Below, in pieces: positions 62,935-64,000 of a DNA stretch of 64,000 nt. The DNA comes from Mobula hypostoma (taxonomy: Eukaryota): contig NC_086118.1 of NCBI RefSeq assembly GCF_963921235.1, forward strand, positions 21,640,001-21,704,000, in the 5' to 3' direction. A model generated the notes under the pieces. The model was not told where the DNA came from. It made no database searches and saw nothing but the letters and a program-made list of their open reading frames with translations. Made by a program: the position numbers and the translations under genes. Position 1 is the first letter of the stretch. Each line of letters opens with the position of its first letter.

Positions 62935-64000
62935 TAATCAGCTCTTTCGTCTTACCGACATTGTGTGCAAGGTTGTTGCTGCAACATCACTACACAATTT
63001 GGCATATCTCACTCCTGTACGCCCTTTTGTTTCCATCTCAGATTCTGCTAACAAAGGTTGTATCAGTAAATTTATAGATAGTATTTGAGCTATGCCTAGC
63101 CAGAGTCATGTGTATATAGAGAGTAGAGCAATGGGTGAAGCACACATACCTGAGGTGCACCAGTGTTGATCATCAGCAAGGAGGATATATAATCACTAAT
63201 CCACACAGATTGTGGTCTTCCGGTTAGGAAGTCGTGGATCCAATTGCAGATGGAGGTACAGAGGCCCAGGTTCTGTAACTTCTCAATCAGGATCGTGGGA
63301 ATGATGGCGTTAAATGCTGAGCTCTGGCATCTTAACATAGGTGTTTGTATTGTCCAGGTGATCTAAGGCCATGTGAAGAGCCATTGAGTTAGCACCTGCC
63401 GTTGACCTATTGTGGCGATAGGCAAACTGTAGTGGGTCCAGGTCCTTGTTGAGGCAGGAGTTCAGTCTAGTCAAAAAAATCTCTCAAAGCACTTCATCAC
63501 TGTAGTTATGAGTGCTATTGGGTGATGTCATTAAGGCAGCCCACATTATTCTTCTTCGGCACTGGTATAATTGTTGCCTTTTTGAAGCAAGTGGGAACTT
63601 CCACCCAAAGCAGAGAGAGGTTGAAAAAGTCCTTGAATATTTCCGCCAGTTGGTTGGCATAAGTTTTCAGAGCCTTACCAGGTACTCCATTGGGACCCTC
63701 CGCCTTGAGAGAGTTCACCCTCTTTAAAGATAGCCTAACATCGGCCTCTGAGACAGAGGTCACAGGGTCATTGGGTGCAGCAGGGATTTCACAGGGGTAG
63801 TTATATTCTCCTTTTCAAAGCGGACATTGAAGGCATTGAGTTCATCTGTTTGTGAAGCATCACTGCCATTCATGCTATTGGGTTTTGCTTTGTAGGAAGT
63901 AATGTATTGCAAACCCTGCCAGAGTTGTCGTACACTCGATGTCACTTCCAACCTTAGTCTTGAATGCCACAGATCCAGCCTTCAGCAGACGACGTACTTC
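62935..64000 (-). mobile_element. Rex/Babar-type LINE RT fragment
   Basis: [50 protein letters not shown]. Confidence 0.9.

Overview
A eukaryotic, repeat-dominated intronic or intergenic window. The repeat mix (CR1, Rex/Babar, Penelope-like elements, V-type tRNA SINEs) suggests a cartilaginous fish, which is my inference. I recognise no intact host gene; nearly all recognisable ORFs are decayed transposon fragments. It holds three decayed Gypsy LTR retrotransposons: a Tf1/sushi-type 5' end at 1-1242, a full-length CsRN1-type copy at 13684-18028, and a Mag-like copy at 28077-32632. It also holds many CR1 and Rex/Babar LINE fragments, tRNA SINEs, hAT, Harbinger and Tigger non-autonomous DNA transposons, and over ten Penelope-like termini. 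Most notable: (i) a minimal type I hammerhead ribozyme motif in the Penelope-like termini, with fold-back junctions repeatedly inside it; (ii) two abutting ~80-bp-arm palindromes in unique DNA at 62387-62733, shaped like an inverted, circularly permuted ~185-bp duplication; (iii) a Tigger element whose ends resemble mammalian MER2; (iv) a self-priming (tRNA-independent) PBS in the first Gypsy element. Family names come from recalled motifs, not searches, and LINE boundaries are approximate.
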